Shown here: piece by piece, positions 16,429 to 25,291 of the stretch
How positions within the stretch are numbered: position 1 is the first letter of the stretch
Layout of the letters: each line of letters begins with the position of its first letter
IMG/VR virus record: IMGVR_UViG_3300043416_000222
Coordinates: 1-32,218 of that record
DNA from: a virus
Lineage: Duplodnaviria > Caudoviricetes
Length of the DNA: 32,218 nucleotides
Reading direction: 5' to 3' (one strand)
The notes under the pieces: generated by a model
Databases searched by the model: none
The model's input: only the letters and a program-made list of their open reading frames with translations
What the model was told of the DNA's origin: nothing
Program-made: the position numbers and the translations under genes

Positions 16429-17463
16429 TTAGCCAGTGACGTTGGCGCACAAGAACCCAGAGACTGGAGCAACCAGTTCCGAGGTGCTGTTGTCAATGAC
16501 GCGGCCTTCAATACGGCGATCCTTCGGATCGTCCCAGTTCTCGACTGTCATGTCTTCAAAGGCGAAGATCTGGCAGGTGCTGAACGAGGTCGAACCTTCG
16601 ACACCAATCAAGCCACCGGGGCGGCTCACAAAGATTGCCGAGTTGCCGTACACGAACGAACGAGTCGCCGAGGATGCGCCCTTGCGGGTCGTAATCTTGA
16701 CCGAGTCGTCAACGACAATTGAAACGCCGAACAGATTCGGCGGGAGGCCGTAACGGCTGAAGATGTCGCTACCTTGCAAGAACGGCAGCGCAGCTGGGTA
16801 GTTCTTGACGTAGTTGCGAATTTCGTCCGTCTGGGAAATAAGGTTCGCAATGGTCGGACTAATGACCAAGCAAATGTCTTCGCTACGAACCGCGCCACCA
16901 GTAGCAAGCGAGATGCGCTGGAGCGCGTCTTGGATACTTGCCTGAATGACGTTCGTGGACGAACTCGTCCAAACACCCTTCCAAGCACTACCAGTAGCCT
17001 GATAGTTGCCAGCTGTGGTAAACGCCGCAACCGCTGCGGTGTTGGTCAACGCGGTAGCCGTTCGCATGGAGCGAGCGGTCATAGCAAGCTGTGCCTTGCT
17101 GCGAGCGTGCTGGGCAACGATGTCCCACGCGGCTTGCTTGACTGTCTCGTTCGGAATGTAGAACGGGAAGGCAAAGCGTTGAGCCGTGAAAGTAACGAAA
17201 TCGTGCTGGTTCATCTTGCCGACCGGACGGTCATTGCCAAGAGGCCAGATAAATTCGTTAACGTCAGTCACGCGCACGTTGTCGTCCGAATCAAGACGCA
17301 GGTAGTACCCCGTCTGCTGATTGCAGGCAACGATTTGAGCGTAACGGGTGATGGCAAACGAATTCACCGCACGGGTGAACTCAACTTGGAGAGCGCCAGT
17401 TGCGAGCGCGTTGGTGGAGGGGACGTAGGTATTTAGACCGCCTCCGACTGTTACATAGGCCAT
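16429..17463 (-). CDS. major capsid protein
   Basis: 344 aa, AGGAGG RBS, after scaffold and cement genes and followed by a hairpin and the adaptor; PNLFGVSIVV motif of the HK97 fold. Confidence 0.85.
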   Translation of the reverse strand: MAYVTVGGGLNTYVPSTNALATGALQVEFTRAVNSFAITRYAQIVACNQQTGYYLRLDSDDNVRVTDVNEFIWPLGNDRPVGKMNQHDFVTFTAQRFAFPFYIPNETVKQAAWDIVAQHARSKAQLAMTARSMRTATALTNTAAVAAFTTAGNYQATGSAWKGVWTSSSTNVIQASIQDALQRISLATGGAVRSEDICLVISPTIANLISQTDEIRNYVKNYPAALPFLQGSDIFSRYGLPPNLFGVSIVVDDSVKITTRKGASSATRSFVYGNSAIFVSRPGGLIGVEGSTSFSTCQIFAFEDMTVENWDDPKDRRIEGRVIDNSTSELVAPVSGFLCANVTG

Positions 17464-17488
17464 TTGATGACCTCCTTTCGAGTGCTAA

Positions 17489-17908
17489 TTAGGCGATCCC
17501 ACGGGTGGCTGGGAGGCGGTAAGCCCAGAAGATGACACCATCAGCGGCGGCAGGTTCAAGGGAGACGAACATCGGAATAGTTCCGGTGGTGGCTGCGGTG
17601 ATTGCCTTGCCTCCGGTGGTTGGCATCAAGCCAGTACCAGCGTTGGTAATTGCCGCACCAGCTTCGATCTGCACGCAGTTCGATGGCTGAAGGGAAATTG
17701 GGTCGGCGACCGTAGTTGACGTAGCCGCAAGTGCATGAGCGGTAGCGTCGAATCGACGAGTTGAGCCGTCGGTTACACCGCAAACGTAGTCAGTCACGGC
17801 CGTTGCTGGAGCGCCAGCAAAGAAAACCGTTGAAGACGAGAAAACCTTGCAGATGCGGAAGGGGTTGATGTCAGCGCCAGCGACGAGATTTGGAGAGAAT
17901 TGAAGCAT
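17489..17908 (-). CDS. capsid cement/decoration protein
   Basis: 139 aa Ala/Gly/Thr-rich; AGADINPFR, IEAGAAI..G..L..GGKAI; between scaffold and capsid genes. Confidence 0.7.
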   Translation of the reverse strand: MLQFSPNLVAGADINPFRICKVFSSSTVFFAGAPATAVTDYVCGVTDGSTRRFDATAHALAATSTTVADPISLQPSNCVQIEAGAAITNAGTGLMPTTGGKAITAATTGTIPMFVSLEPAAADGVIFWAYRLPATRGIA

Positions 17909-17920
17909 TGTTGTTTCCTT

Positions 17921-18535
17921 TTAGCCCTTCATCCGGGCGTTGATTGCCTTGGCAAACTCTTCAGGCTTGCCAGCAAATTGCTTGACGAGTGAGCCAACGT
18001 CACCAATGTCCATGCCACGCGGCAGGGCTGCTCGGCTCATATCAATCTTGGTTCCGATTGGGTCGCGGGCGAACAGGTCGCGCCATGACTCAAGGAGAGC
18101 GACTGGGTTACGGGAGGCCTGCAACTGACCAACAAGCGCCTCGCGCTGTGAGTCTGGGATGCGGTAGCCCTCCTGCTCCATGATCTCCACTTCGCGCTCA
18201 AACTTCTCGCGCTTCAACTCGGCTTCGAGTCGGGCGAACCGCGACTTGAGGCGAGCGTTTTCCGAACGAAGAGCGTAGGTCGAACGACGGCTGGCAATGA
18301 CGGATTCGTCTTCCATGTCGTCCTCTTCGCCTGCCTCAACGTCATGGCTCTCGATGTCGATGTGGACTTGACCGTCTTCCTCGGCCATTTCGTCCTTCAT
18401 CTCATCGTCGTCCTCAGCCATCTCGTCCTTATCGTCCGAGTCGTCTGCGAACTTCTTCTTCATCATGTCCGAGAGTTCGGAGATGGCGCACTTCATGGCC
18501 TCCAACTCCTCGCGCATATCGTCGCTGGATGCCAT
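17921..18535 (-). CDS. nested scaffold protein (internal in-frame start)
   Basis: AAGGAGGAGG-ccagc-ATG at 18535, analogous to lambda Nu3 and Mu gpZ. Confidence 0.65.
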   Translation of the reverse strand: MASSDDMREELEAMKCAISELSDMMKKKFADDSDDKDEMAEDDDEMKDEMAEEDGQVHIDIESHDVEAGEEDDMEDESVIASRRSTYALRSENARLKSRFARLEAELKREKFEREVEIMEQEGYRIPDSQREALVGQLQASRNPVALLESWRDLFARDPIGTKIDMSRAALPRGMDIGDVGSLVKQFAGKPEEFAKAINARMKG

Positions 18536-19420
18536 GCTGGCCTCCTCCTTGGTAGTCGTCGGGATGAATGTATTGAGTCCGCCACCAGCCCCGACGAGGT
18601 CATGGTTGGACTTTGAACAAGTGATCTTCTCGCCCTTGCGGGTGAAATGGGTATCCGGGAGGGGGCGGCGCGGGGTTTCACGCCCGAGCAACGCCACCTC
18701 GGATAGGTGGTTTGAGCCTGACCAGATCTCAGCCGACCGACGCGGGAAGGCGTTGGTAGCAATGAAGCGGTCGAAAATATCGCGGTTGACTTCCATGTCG
18801 CCCACAATGTACCCAATTCCATCGCGTTCTTCGTAGGAAATTGTGGGGAATCGACCGACCGCCGACTTCGGTTCCTTGCCGTCCTTCTCGTGCATGATGA
18901 CGAGGCGAGGGAACGAGCCGCGAGCCATGTGTTTGCGCGTTGATGCAACGATGTCCTTGAGGCGCTTGTTGTTGAAACGCTTCAGCTCCGGGTCAGCCTC
19001 GCCGTCGTCGATGGCTGGGTCGAATGCCATGAACAGTTCAACGCGCTCAATCATGACCTTGTCGCCGTCTTCGGCGACTGTGTGGGATGTCTTTGCGTTC
19101 ACGGTCTTCTCCTCTTTGCGGTCGAGTTCCTTGTCCTTGCGCTCTGCCCAAGCCTTGCCAGCATCGCCGCCCCACAGGAGCCAAGCGATATACCCGGCAG
19201 AGTCCTTGCCCCAGCCCTCGCCTTGCTTGTCAACCTCGTGCCGAGCGAAGTAGGACACCATCCGGCGCACGGTTTCAGGGGACAGGTTCGCCCGGTTCTT
19301 GATGTCACGCGCCCGGGCTACGCCGATTTCTGTGCCACCGCGACCATGCTTTTCGCGCAGCTCAAGGCCACGGGCAGCATTGGATGCCATTTCGGTGGTT
19401 GGTTTGAGGTCTATTTCCAT
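17921..19420 (-). CDS. prohead protease-scaffold fusion with extra N-terminal domain
   Basis: IMHE..AVG (His), FPRRSAE (Ser), LSEVALLG..P as in Mu gpI-type proteases; acidic coiled-coil C-terminus; ATG 19420. Confidence 0.8.
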   Translation of the reverse strand: MEIDLKPTTEMASNAARGLELREKHGRGGTEIGVARARDIKNRANLSPETVRRMVSYFARHEVDKQGEGWGKDSAGYIAWLLWGGDAGKAWAERKDKELDRKEEKTVNAKTSHTVAEDGDKVMIERVELFMAFDPAIDDGEADPELKRFNNKRLKDIVASTRKHMARGSFPRLVIMHEKDGKEPKSAVGRFPTISYEERDGIGYIVGDMEVNRDIFDRFIATNAFPRRSAEIWSGSNHLSEVALLGRETPRRPLPDTHFTRKGEKITCSKSNHDLVGAGGGLNTFIPTTTKEEASMASSDDMREELEAMKCAISELSDMMKKKFADDSDDKDEMAEDDDEMKDEMAEEDGQVHIDIESHDVEAGEEDDMEDESVIASRRSTYALRSENARLKSRFARLEAELKREKFEREVEIMEQEGYRIPDSQREALVGQLQASRNPVALLESWRDLFARDPIGTKIDMSRAALPRGMDIGDVGSLVKQFAGKPEEFAKAINARMKG

Positions 19421-19424
19421 GCGG

Positions 19425-20453
19425 TTAGACAATCGCAGACAGGTTGGTGGCGATTTCTGCCGATCCGGTGTCGTTTGGGTGAACGCCATCAGAAAGCCGA
19501 TTGGTGTTGTTTGTCATGATCGACAAACCATTAATGTAGAACGTATTCGCGTCACCAGTAGCCAGCTCGGCCGCTTGTACTGCGCTTCGGTATTGGGCAA
19601 GCGTGATCGTATTGGTGTTGGGGGAGTAAATCGGGGAGATCACATGAATGGCGGCAGAAGGCAATGCCGCCCGCGCATTAGCAATCCATCCCTGCACGGC
19701 GGTCTGGAATGTCACTAGCGGCGTTTGCGCTACGAAATTGTTGTAGCCAATCATGTAGGTCACGACGTTGCACCCCAACCCAGAAAGGGCAGAGCCTTGA
19801 CTAGCAACCGCCGTAGCGCCACCGTTTGCAATGTTGACTAATTGCTTGCTTTCTGCAACAGCCAGAAGGTACGGCCATGTCGTTGTGACCTTTGAAGCCG
19901 CCGACCCTTGCGTAATACTGTCACCGCATACCGCGATTTTAGTTGCTGGTCTTGACGGGGCGGTGAATGTTGCGCCCGTGTTGACTTCAATCTTTCGCAA
20001 TTCAAACCCAGTCCAATACGGCCAGACAATGGTCACCGTCTTGGAACCAGCGGAAAGTCTAAATTCAATCGTCACAATTCCAGACACATCCCACCCATTG
20101 CTCCAATTAAACGTCTGGACTTCCACCCCATCCACAAGAATTGCTCCAACACTAAACGCAGTAGATATATCAGCGTTGTAAAGAACTAGCGTGTTGTGGA
20201 ACATAGATACGCGCACAGAGGTGGCGGTTGTTGTGAACGATACGCGGCTCCCGGGCGAAGCATTTTCAAACTGATATCCGTCTGTGATTGGGCGAAGGAA
20301 CCGAAGCGTGCTTGCCGACTGCTCCGCAATAGACGCGTAATCCGAGACGGTGAAGCTTGTCGAGTTCGGCAAGTATTGCGTCCATCCCGCTGCCGTCCCG
20401 CTTAATCCGGGGCGACGGAATCGTCTTATGGCGTTGGAGAGTCGGTTCCGCAT
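19425..20453 (-). CDS. SGNH/GDSL-family hydrolase with N-terminal beta domain
   Basis: CGDSITQG, NIANGG, MIGYNN, DGVHPND blocks I/II/III/V. Confidence 0.88.
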   Translation of the reverse strand: MRNRLSNAIRRFRRPGLSGTAAGWTQYLPNSTSFTVSDYASIAEQSASTLRFLRPITDGYQFENASPGSRVSFTTTATSVRVSMFHNTLVLYNADISTAFSVGAILVDGVEVQTFNWSNGWDVSGIVTIEFRLSAGSKTVTIVWPYWTGFELRKIEVNTGATFTAPSRPATKIAVCGDSITQGSAASKVTTTWPYLLAVAESKQLVNIANGGATAVASQGSALSGLGCNVVTYMIGYNNFVAQTPLVTFQTAVQGWIANARAALPSAAIHVISPIYSPNTNTITLAQYRSAVQAAELATGDANTFYINGLSIMTNNTNRLSDGVHPNDTGSAEIATNLSAIV

Positions 20454-21601
20454 TAAATGCTATACCACGCCGCGCCCATGCTTCCTGCGCTTGCCTTGAA
20501 TTGCACTTGAACCAATTGAGATCCAACCGCGTCAACAAGGGCTGAAGCCGTTTCAGTCGCTGTGGCCGTTACCGTCGATGGGCGGTAAAGAGAAGCGTCT
20601 GGGCTGAGTGCCACCTGTGTGATGTTGGAGAAGACATACGAGGGGACATTGTTGACTGTCATAGCAGCCACGGTTCCCGTGCTGTAGGTCAGCGTCAAGT
20701 CTGCCAAGACGGTTGGGAACCATGCAGTAACTGGCGGGACGGTCGTATTCGTTGCTGTGACGGCCGCAGTAGTAGTAGCAAGGTACGGAGATGCGGTCGT
20801 TCCAAATTCAGCTTGCCCACCCCACAACACAACACCCTTGGTGACATCTGAGGTATATGAACCCAAACCCCAGTTGCCACCGCTTGCTGGTGTTGCTGTG
20901 TCACTTGGAGAAATCAAGAAATACTGTATTTGACGGCAGGTAACAGCCACGCGATACCACGAATTGCCAACGCTTGTCACAGTTGCAGAAGGCGTAGTGG
21001 TGAACCACGTTCCCGTATTAACAAGATCGGACTGCGTAATACTGCCCGTATTTAGATCAACGGTAACTGTGTAGTAGGGGCCAGAAGAGGCGTTGCCGCC
21101 GCAAATAGATGCGTATTGCCGACCCAGTCCACCCTTGATATAAACCGAATGTGTGCGGATATCGGTAGACGACCCGGGCGCACCTAAATCACGGCCAATG
21201 TAATGGCTGACAGTTGCGCCCGTTTCAAGAGCATTATCTGCGGTTGTCGTTCCATCTGGAGCAACCGACGCATTGATAGAGCCGCTCGTTACTGCAAGGT
21301 TAGATTTAATCCATGCAGCGTTATCAAAATCTTGGCTGTAGGTGATGAGGTTCGTATAGGTGACTGGAATCGGACATGGGTTCCAGCCAACCACGCGCAT
21401 ACCAACCCCGGTAGCGTTGTTCACGCTGCTCAATGGGGTGATTTTCAATAGGCTTGGGCATACGGCCGTTTCGAGGGTGTAAATGACCCCCGTTGTTGGC
21501 TTGGTATCCGTAGGTGCAATTGATCCGTAACTTGCCGACGCAGCTGCGGGGGCAAGGAATTGCGACGTTGCTTGTGCAGTTGATAGGAATGATTGTGGCA
21601 T
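20453..21601 (-). CDS. head spike/fiber-like protein with inserted carbohydrate-binding-like domain
   Basis: TNLITYSQDF..W..APDGTTTAD..VGNSWYRV..LWGGQAE.G..SPYLATT repeat unit of phage head fibers. Confidence 0.65.
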   Translation of the reverse strand: MPQSFLSTAQATSQFLAPAAASASYGSIAPTDTKPTTGVIYTLETAVCPSLLKITPLSSVNNATGVGMRVVGWNPCPIPVTYTNLITYSQDFDNAAWIKSNLAVTSGSINASVAPDGTTTADNALETGATVSHYIGRDLGAPGSSTDIRTHSVYIKGGLGRQYASICGGNASSGPYYTVTVDLNTGSITQSDLVNTGTWFTTTPSATVTSVGNSWYRVAVTCRQIQYFLISPSDTATPASGGNWGLGSYTSDVTKGVVLWGGQAEFGTTASPYLATTTAAVTATNTTVPPVTAWFPTVLADLTLTYSTGTVAAMTVNNVPSYVFSNITQVALSPDASLYRPSTVTATATETASALVDAVGSQLVQVQFKASAGSMGAAWYSI

Positions 21602-22351
21602 TTACAGTTCTCCTCTGCGCTTCATGTCGAGCGCGATTGCGACCGCTTGGTCTTGTGGCTTGCCTTCTTTGATGAGCTTGGCGATCTTCGCGCCGACGGC
21701 TGGGTCAGCGGCGGACATGATCTTCAGCCCTGCCTTCTGCTCCTCGGTCTGCTCGCGGGTCATGCGGGTCTTCGCGCCGGGGCGGGAGAAACCGCGCATT
21801 AAATCAGAAATTCCGTCTTTCTTTGTTGAAATCGCTTCTGCTTGTTTCTTCAACAAATCAACTTGACCTGTTGAAACAAGTCTTAAACCGCGCAATTTAT
21901 CCCAGCGATACAACGAGCCAACACCTACGCCTGCGTGTGGCATTGTGTCAATCTTCCAAAGATCAATACCAATTTTTGCGGTGTGTTCTTCAATAGGAAC
22001 GCCGTTCTTTTTTGTTGGCGTTACTTCCCATTTTGCAAACGCCACCTTCGCGCCGGGGCGGGAGGACAGGGTCTTGATTGTTTTGCTGTTGTTGATGTCT
22101 CTATTGACAACCTCGTCAATTTCCACAATTACCTTCTTGGCTTTTGGATTTGACTTCTTGAAGTAATCAAGCCTTTTCTGTCCGTAATACTCGGCTTCCT
22201 GCTTTGTATCAACTGACTCATCCGTAACAATTTCGCCATCTACAAATCCGCGAATGATAAAGAAGTTGCCGTCTTTTCTGCTCATGCGCGTCTTTTCATT
22301 GCTAGCAGCAAATCCAAGACGGGCGGCGATTTCTTTGCGTGTGTTGCTCAT
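21602..22351 (-). CDS. RLGFAA-leader modular protein (3 modules)
   Basis: MSNTRKEIAARLGFAA leader, two SRPGAK linkers, C-terminal KEGKPQDQAVAIAL domain. Confidence 0.8.
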   Translation of the reverse strand: MSNTRKEIAARLGFAASNEKTRMSRKDGNFFIIRGFVDGEIVTDESVDTKQEAEYYGQKRLDYFKKSNPKAKKVIVEIDEVVNRDINNSKTIKTLSSRPGAKVAFAKWEVTPTKKNGVPIEEHTAKIGIDLWKIDTMPHAGVGVGSLYRWDKLRGLRLVSTGQVDLLKKQAEAISTKKDGISDLMRGFSRPGAKTRMTREQTEEQKAGLKIMSAADPAVGAKIAKLIKEGKPQDQAVAIALDMKRRGEL

Positions 22352-22385
22352 GTCGTGCATCGTAGCGATCTCCATTGCGATTTAT

Positions 22386-23468
22386 TTATGCGTTTACGAA
22401 ACCGGGGTCAGGAACTTGGCGCGTGTCAACTAGGCGCTGACGCGCTCCGTTGTGCTTGGCAATAGCGGCTGGGTCTATCGTCCCGTTCGGGCGCGTCCAT
22501 CGCTCGCGCAAGGCCTCGGCGGCAGGGACGGGAATAATCGCGCAGCGACAGTTGAAGCCCAGCGGCGGGGCAATCCCAAGGCGGTCGAAGTCTGCCATTG
22601 TCCCGACATAGCCGTCAAAGGCTCGGTGTGTGTCCCGCGTGCGCGGGTCTTTGGTGGCGCTGAACTGCACCAGCGGGACGAACGCCTGTACCCGCTCATC
22701 CCGTAGGACTTCGGCGCTGCCCTCGGTCATGGCACGGTTCGTGTTTGTCCGCAGGACGGTTTCAAGGCGGGAGGACGTTAGCCCTGTCCCGGTCATCAGT
22801 TGCACGGTGGTGACGAAGTCGCCAAGGTTCATGGTCTTGATGAGCTTGCCGACCACGCTCTTGGTAGGGCGCTCCTCGATGACCTGCGCGATCAGTTCCT
22901 GCACCATCCGCGCCTGCGCGACAGGCATGGCGGTCACAAAGAAGGTGGTATCAACGATCCGCTTCACCCGGGAGATAGCGCCTTGCGGCCCCCGTGTAAC
23001 ACCGCGTAACAACGAATCGAGAATTGGGGACTGCTTGCGGAGGTCAGGAAGGGCGTTTTCGCGTTCGTGATCGGTCACGTCCCCGGCGCTGGCGGCGGCT
23101 GCCTTGATGAGCAGCTCCCAGTCGGCGCGTGAGATTGGGACGCGCTTCCTGAACCAGCCCGTGATCGGAGCCATCCACTTCGTCCCGAAGCCCTCAAGGG
23201 AGATTGGTACGTCGCGGTCGAACTTGACCGCGTCCCCATCGTCCAGCATTCCCTCAATAGCCCCGTCTGGGATCTTGGCGGTGTCCACGGTGTCACGCGC
23301 CCCGAAGAGCCATGATGCCATCAGGAGCGCCGCAGTCGCCTCGTGAAACTCAGCCCACGCGGGGAGGGGATCTTCGCCCCGGATCTGAGCAGCGACCGCT
23401 CTACGGTACGCCTGCTGCGACTGGCGCAGCACTTTGCGGAGGTGCTTGTCTAGTTCGGCTTTGGTCAT
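22386..23468 (-). CDS. MuF / SPP1 gp7-family minor head protein
   Basis: RLETVLRTN..G, FSATKDPRTRDTH.AFDG, PPLGFNCRCAIIP. Confidence 0.92.
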   Translation of the reverse strand: MTKAELDKHLRKVLRQSQQAYRRAVAAQIRGEDPLPAWAEFHEATAALLMASWLFGARDTVDTAKIPDGAIEGMLDDGDAVKFDRDVPISLEGFGTKWMAPITGWFRKRVPISRADWELLIKAAAASAGDVTDHERENALPDLRKQSPILDSLLRGVTRGPQGAISRVKRIVDTTFFVTAMPVAQARMVQELIAQVIEERPTKSVVGKLIKTMNLGDFVTTVQLMTGTGLTSSRLETVLRTNTNRAMTEGSAEVLRDERVQAFVPLVQFSATKDPRTRDTHRAFDGYVGTMADFDRLGIAPPLGFNCRCAIIPVPAAEALRERWTRPNGTIDPAAIAKHNGARQRLVDTRQVPDPGFVNA

Positions 23469-24958
23469 CGCTTACGCTTGCGGACGGCGGCTACCTTCGG
23501 CGCTTCAGGGGCTGGCTCGTCGCCCTCGCTCTCGTTGCCCTGCCCGAGCATGGCTGAGAGCGGGTTAGACGATGCGCCCGCGCTGCCTGCGGCTTGACCA
23601 CCGAGGACGGATTCCCCGTCTTCCGGGTCGGACAGACCGAGGAGGTCGCGGACTTCGCGCTCGCTGACGCGGCCGCCCATTTGGATGAACGTTTGAATCG
23701 CTTCTAGGCGCTCCTTCGGGTTCGGGCGCTCAGGGGCGAAGACGAACCGGATGCGGCGGGCATCCTCTTCGGAGGCTCCGAGCATCCCGGCAATGATGCG
23801 AACGAGGTCGGTGGTCAGGCTCTCCGCGAGGCAATCCGCGTGATAGCGGATGACGCGGGAAAGGGTATCGGCGTGGAGATCAGCGACCCCGCTGCCCATA
23901 CCCGTCCCGCCAGCCTCGCTTGAAAGCGACTGCCCGAGGATGGCTTCCTTGAGTTTGCCAGAGAGCCAGTTGACCAACTCCATGAAGATCTGAGCGCGGC
24001 CACCGTTCGCGTCCTTGATGTCGATGTCGTACATGGACTCGGTCGGCGAAATGCGGGGCAGAACGACCGAGTTGTCATTGACGAGATTCTGGAGAATCGT
24101 CATCATCTCGCTCTTGGCGGCATCGTTCCCGGCTGGGTAGTACCCAACGCGGATGCCAAGGGCGTACCGCTCCACATAGGCGGCGGCGTTCTGTAGGACT
24201 TCCTGCTTCAAGAGCCAGATGTACCAGCAGACATCTCGCGCCCCTACGCCACGGTAAACCGTCTCGGCGCTGTTCGGGTCGATGAAGTTTGGCGCGGTGG
24301 TGAAGACGCGGTGCAGGACGATGGCGCGGCGTTCGTTGTCGTCGAACAGGTGGACGAGCGAGTCAAAGCCGAGGTCGGTGATGGAGGCCTGATTGATGTA
24401 GGCGCTACCGACGCGCATCGCCACGTTCCCGGTCTGGTCAAAGGCGAGGGTGTCGGAGGCGAGCGGGAGCCACTCGCGGATGCGTACCCCAAGGCGCGGG
24501 TCGCGGTCATAGACCACGTTGACGGCGCTGCACCCGTACCAGACGGCTTCGTGCAGGGAGCGGAACATATCGCTACGGCGCGGGGCTGCGCCGATGATCT
24601 CGGCAATGCGCTCGGCAAGCTTGACGAGGCGCGGATCTGATTCGTCGTCGGGAAGGACGTTCCACTCCAACCCGGCAAGGGTCACGAGCAGGGAGCGCAG
24701 CACGCCCTCAATGTCCGCGTCTGCTCGCATCATTGCCTGATAGTTCGGGTCAAGGCGGTACGCGAGGCTGGAGTTCCGCAGCATCAGGCTGGCGGTTCGG
24801 AAGAACGTCCGCTGCACTTCCACGGGCATAGCGAGCGGCCCGGTCAGTCCACGATCAATCGGAGGCGGCAGCGGCTTGCGCGGTCGCTTGGTTGGTGGCA
24901 ATCCTGCACCGGGGATCGACTGACGTTGCGAGAGCGGGTTGTTGATCGGGTCGGGCAT
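23465..24958 (-). CDS. portal protein (Mu gp29/DUF935-like)
   Basis: 497 aa; EAVWYGCSAVNV, YVERYALG, KEAILGQSLSS..GSGVADLH; upstream of MuF. Confidence 0.88.
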   Translation of the reverse strand: MPDPINNPLSQRQSIPGAGLPPTKRPRKPLPPPIDRGLTGPLAMPVEVQRTFFRTASLMLRNSSLAYRLDPNYQAMMRADADIEGVLRSLLVTLAGLEWNVLPDDESDPRLVKLAERIAEIIGAAPRRSDMFRSLHEAVWYGCSAVNVVYDRDPRLGVRIREWLPLASDTLAFDQTGNVAMRVGSAYINQASITDLGFDSLVHLFDDNERRAIVLHRVFTTAPNFIDPNSAETVYRGVGARDVCWYIWLLKQEVLQNAAAYVERYALGIRVGYYPAGNDAAKSEMMTILQNLVNDNSVVLPRISPTESMYDIDIKDANGGRAQIFMELVNWLSGKLKEAILGQSLSSEAGGTGMGSGVADLHADTLSRVIRYHADCLAESLTTDLVRIIAGMLGASEEDARRIRFVFAPERPNPKERLEAIQTFIQMGGRVSEREVRDLLGLSDPEDGESVLGGQAAGSAGASSNPLSAMLGQGNESEGDEPAPEAPKVAAVRKRKR

Positions 24959-24961
24959 TGC

Positions 24962-25291
24962 TTAAACCTTTGGGGTGACAACGGCAAGAATGCTTGCCTT
25001 AACTTGTGGGTCGGCGTTGAGAACCATACGCACTGCCCAATCCATTTGCCCAAGGATTGTGCGGACGGCTGCGGCATCGTTTGCCCGCATTGCTGGCACT
25101 AGCTTGGCAAGCAAGGCATCTGCTTTGGCGGTTGCTTGTTTGACCAGTTTCTTTTCGCCCGTGCGGTACTTCTGCGTTTTGGCATCGCGCTCTTCAATCG
25201 CCTTCATTCGTGCAATCAACGCCTCCAGCGCGTGCGTATCCACGGCTGCGAAGATGCCCAGTCGGCGCATGATGGCCTTGCGTTGGCTCAC
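24962..25291 (-). CDS. RLG(I)FAA-leader helical protein
   Basis: GTGA-coupled; MSQRKAIMRRLGIFAA leader. Confidence 0.75.
   Translation of the reverse strand: MSQRKAIMRRLGIFAAVDTHALEALIARMKAIEERDAKTQKYRTGEKKLVKQATAKADALLAKLVPAMRANDAAAVRTILGQMDWAVRMVLNADPQVKASILAVVTPKV

Noticed and set aside
22386-23468. MuF-fused toxin domain
   Set aside because: Only about 50 aa follow the NCRC motif, so this is a short MuF with no toxin extension
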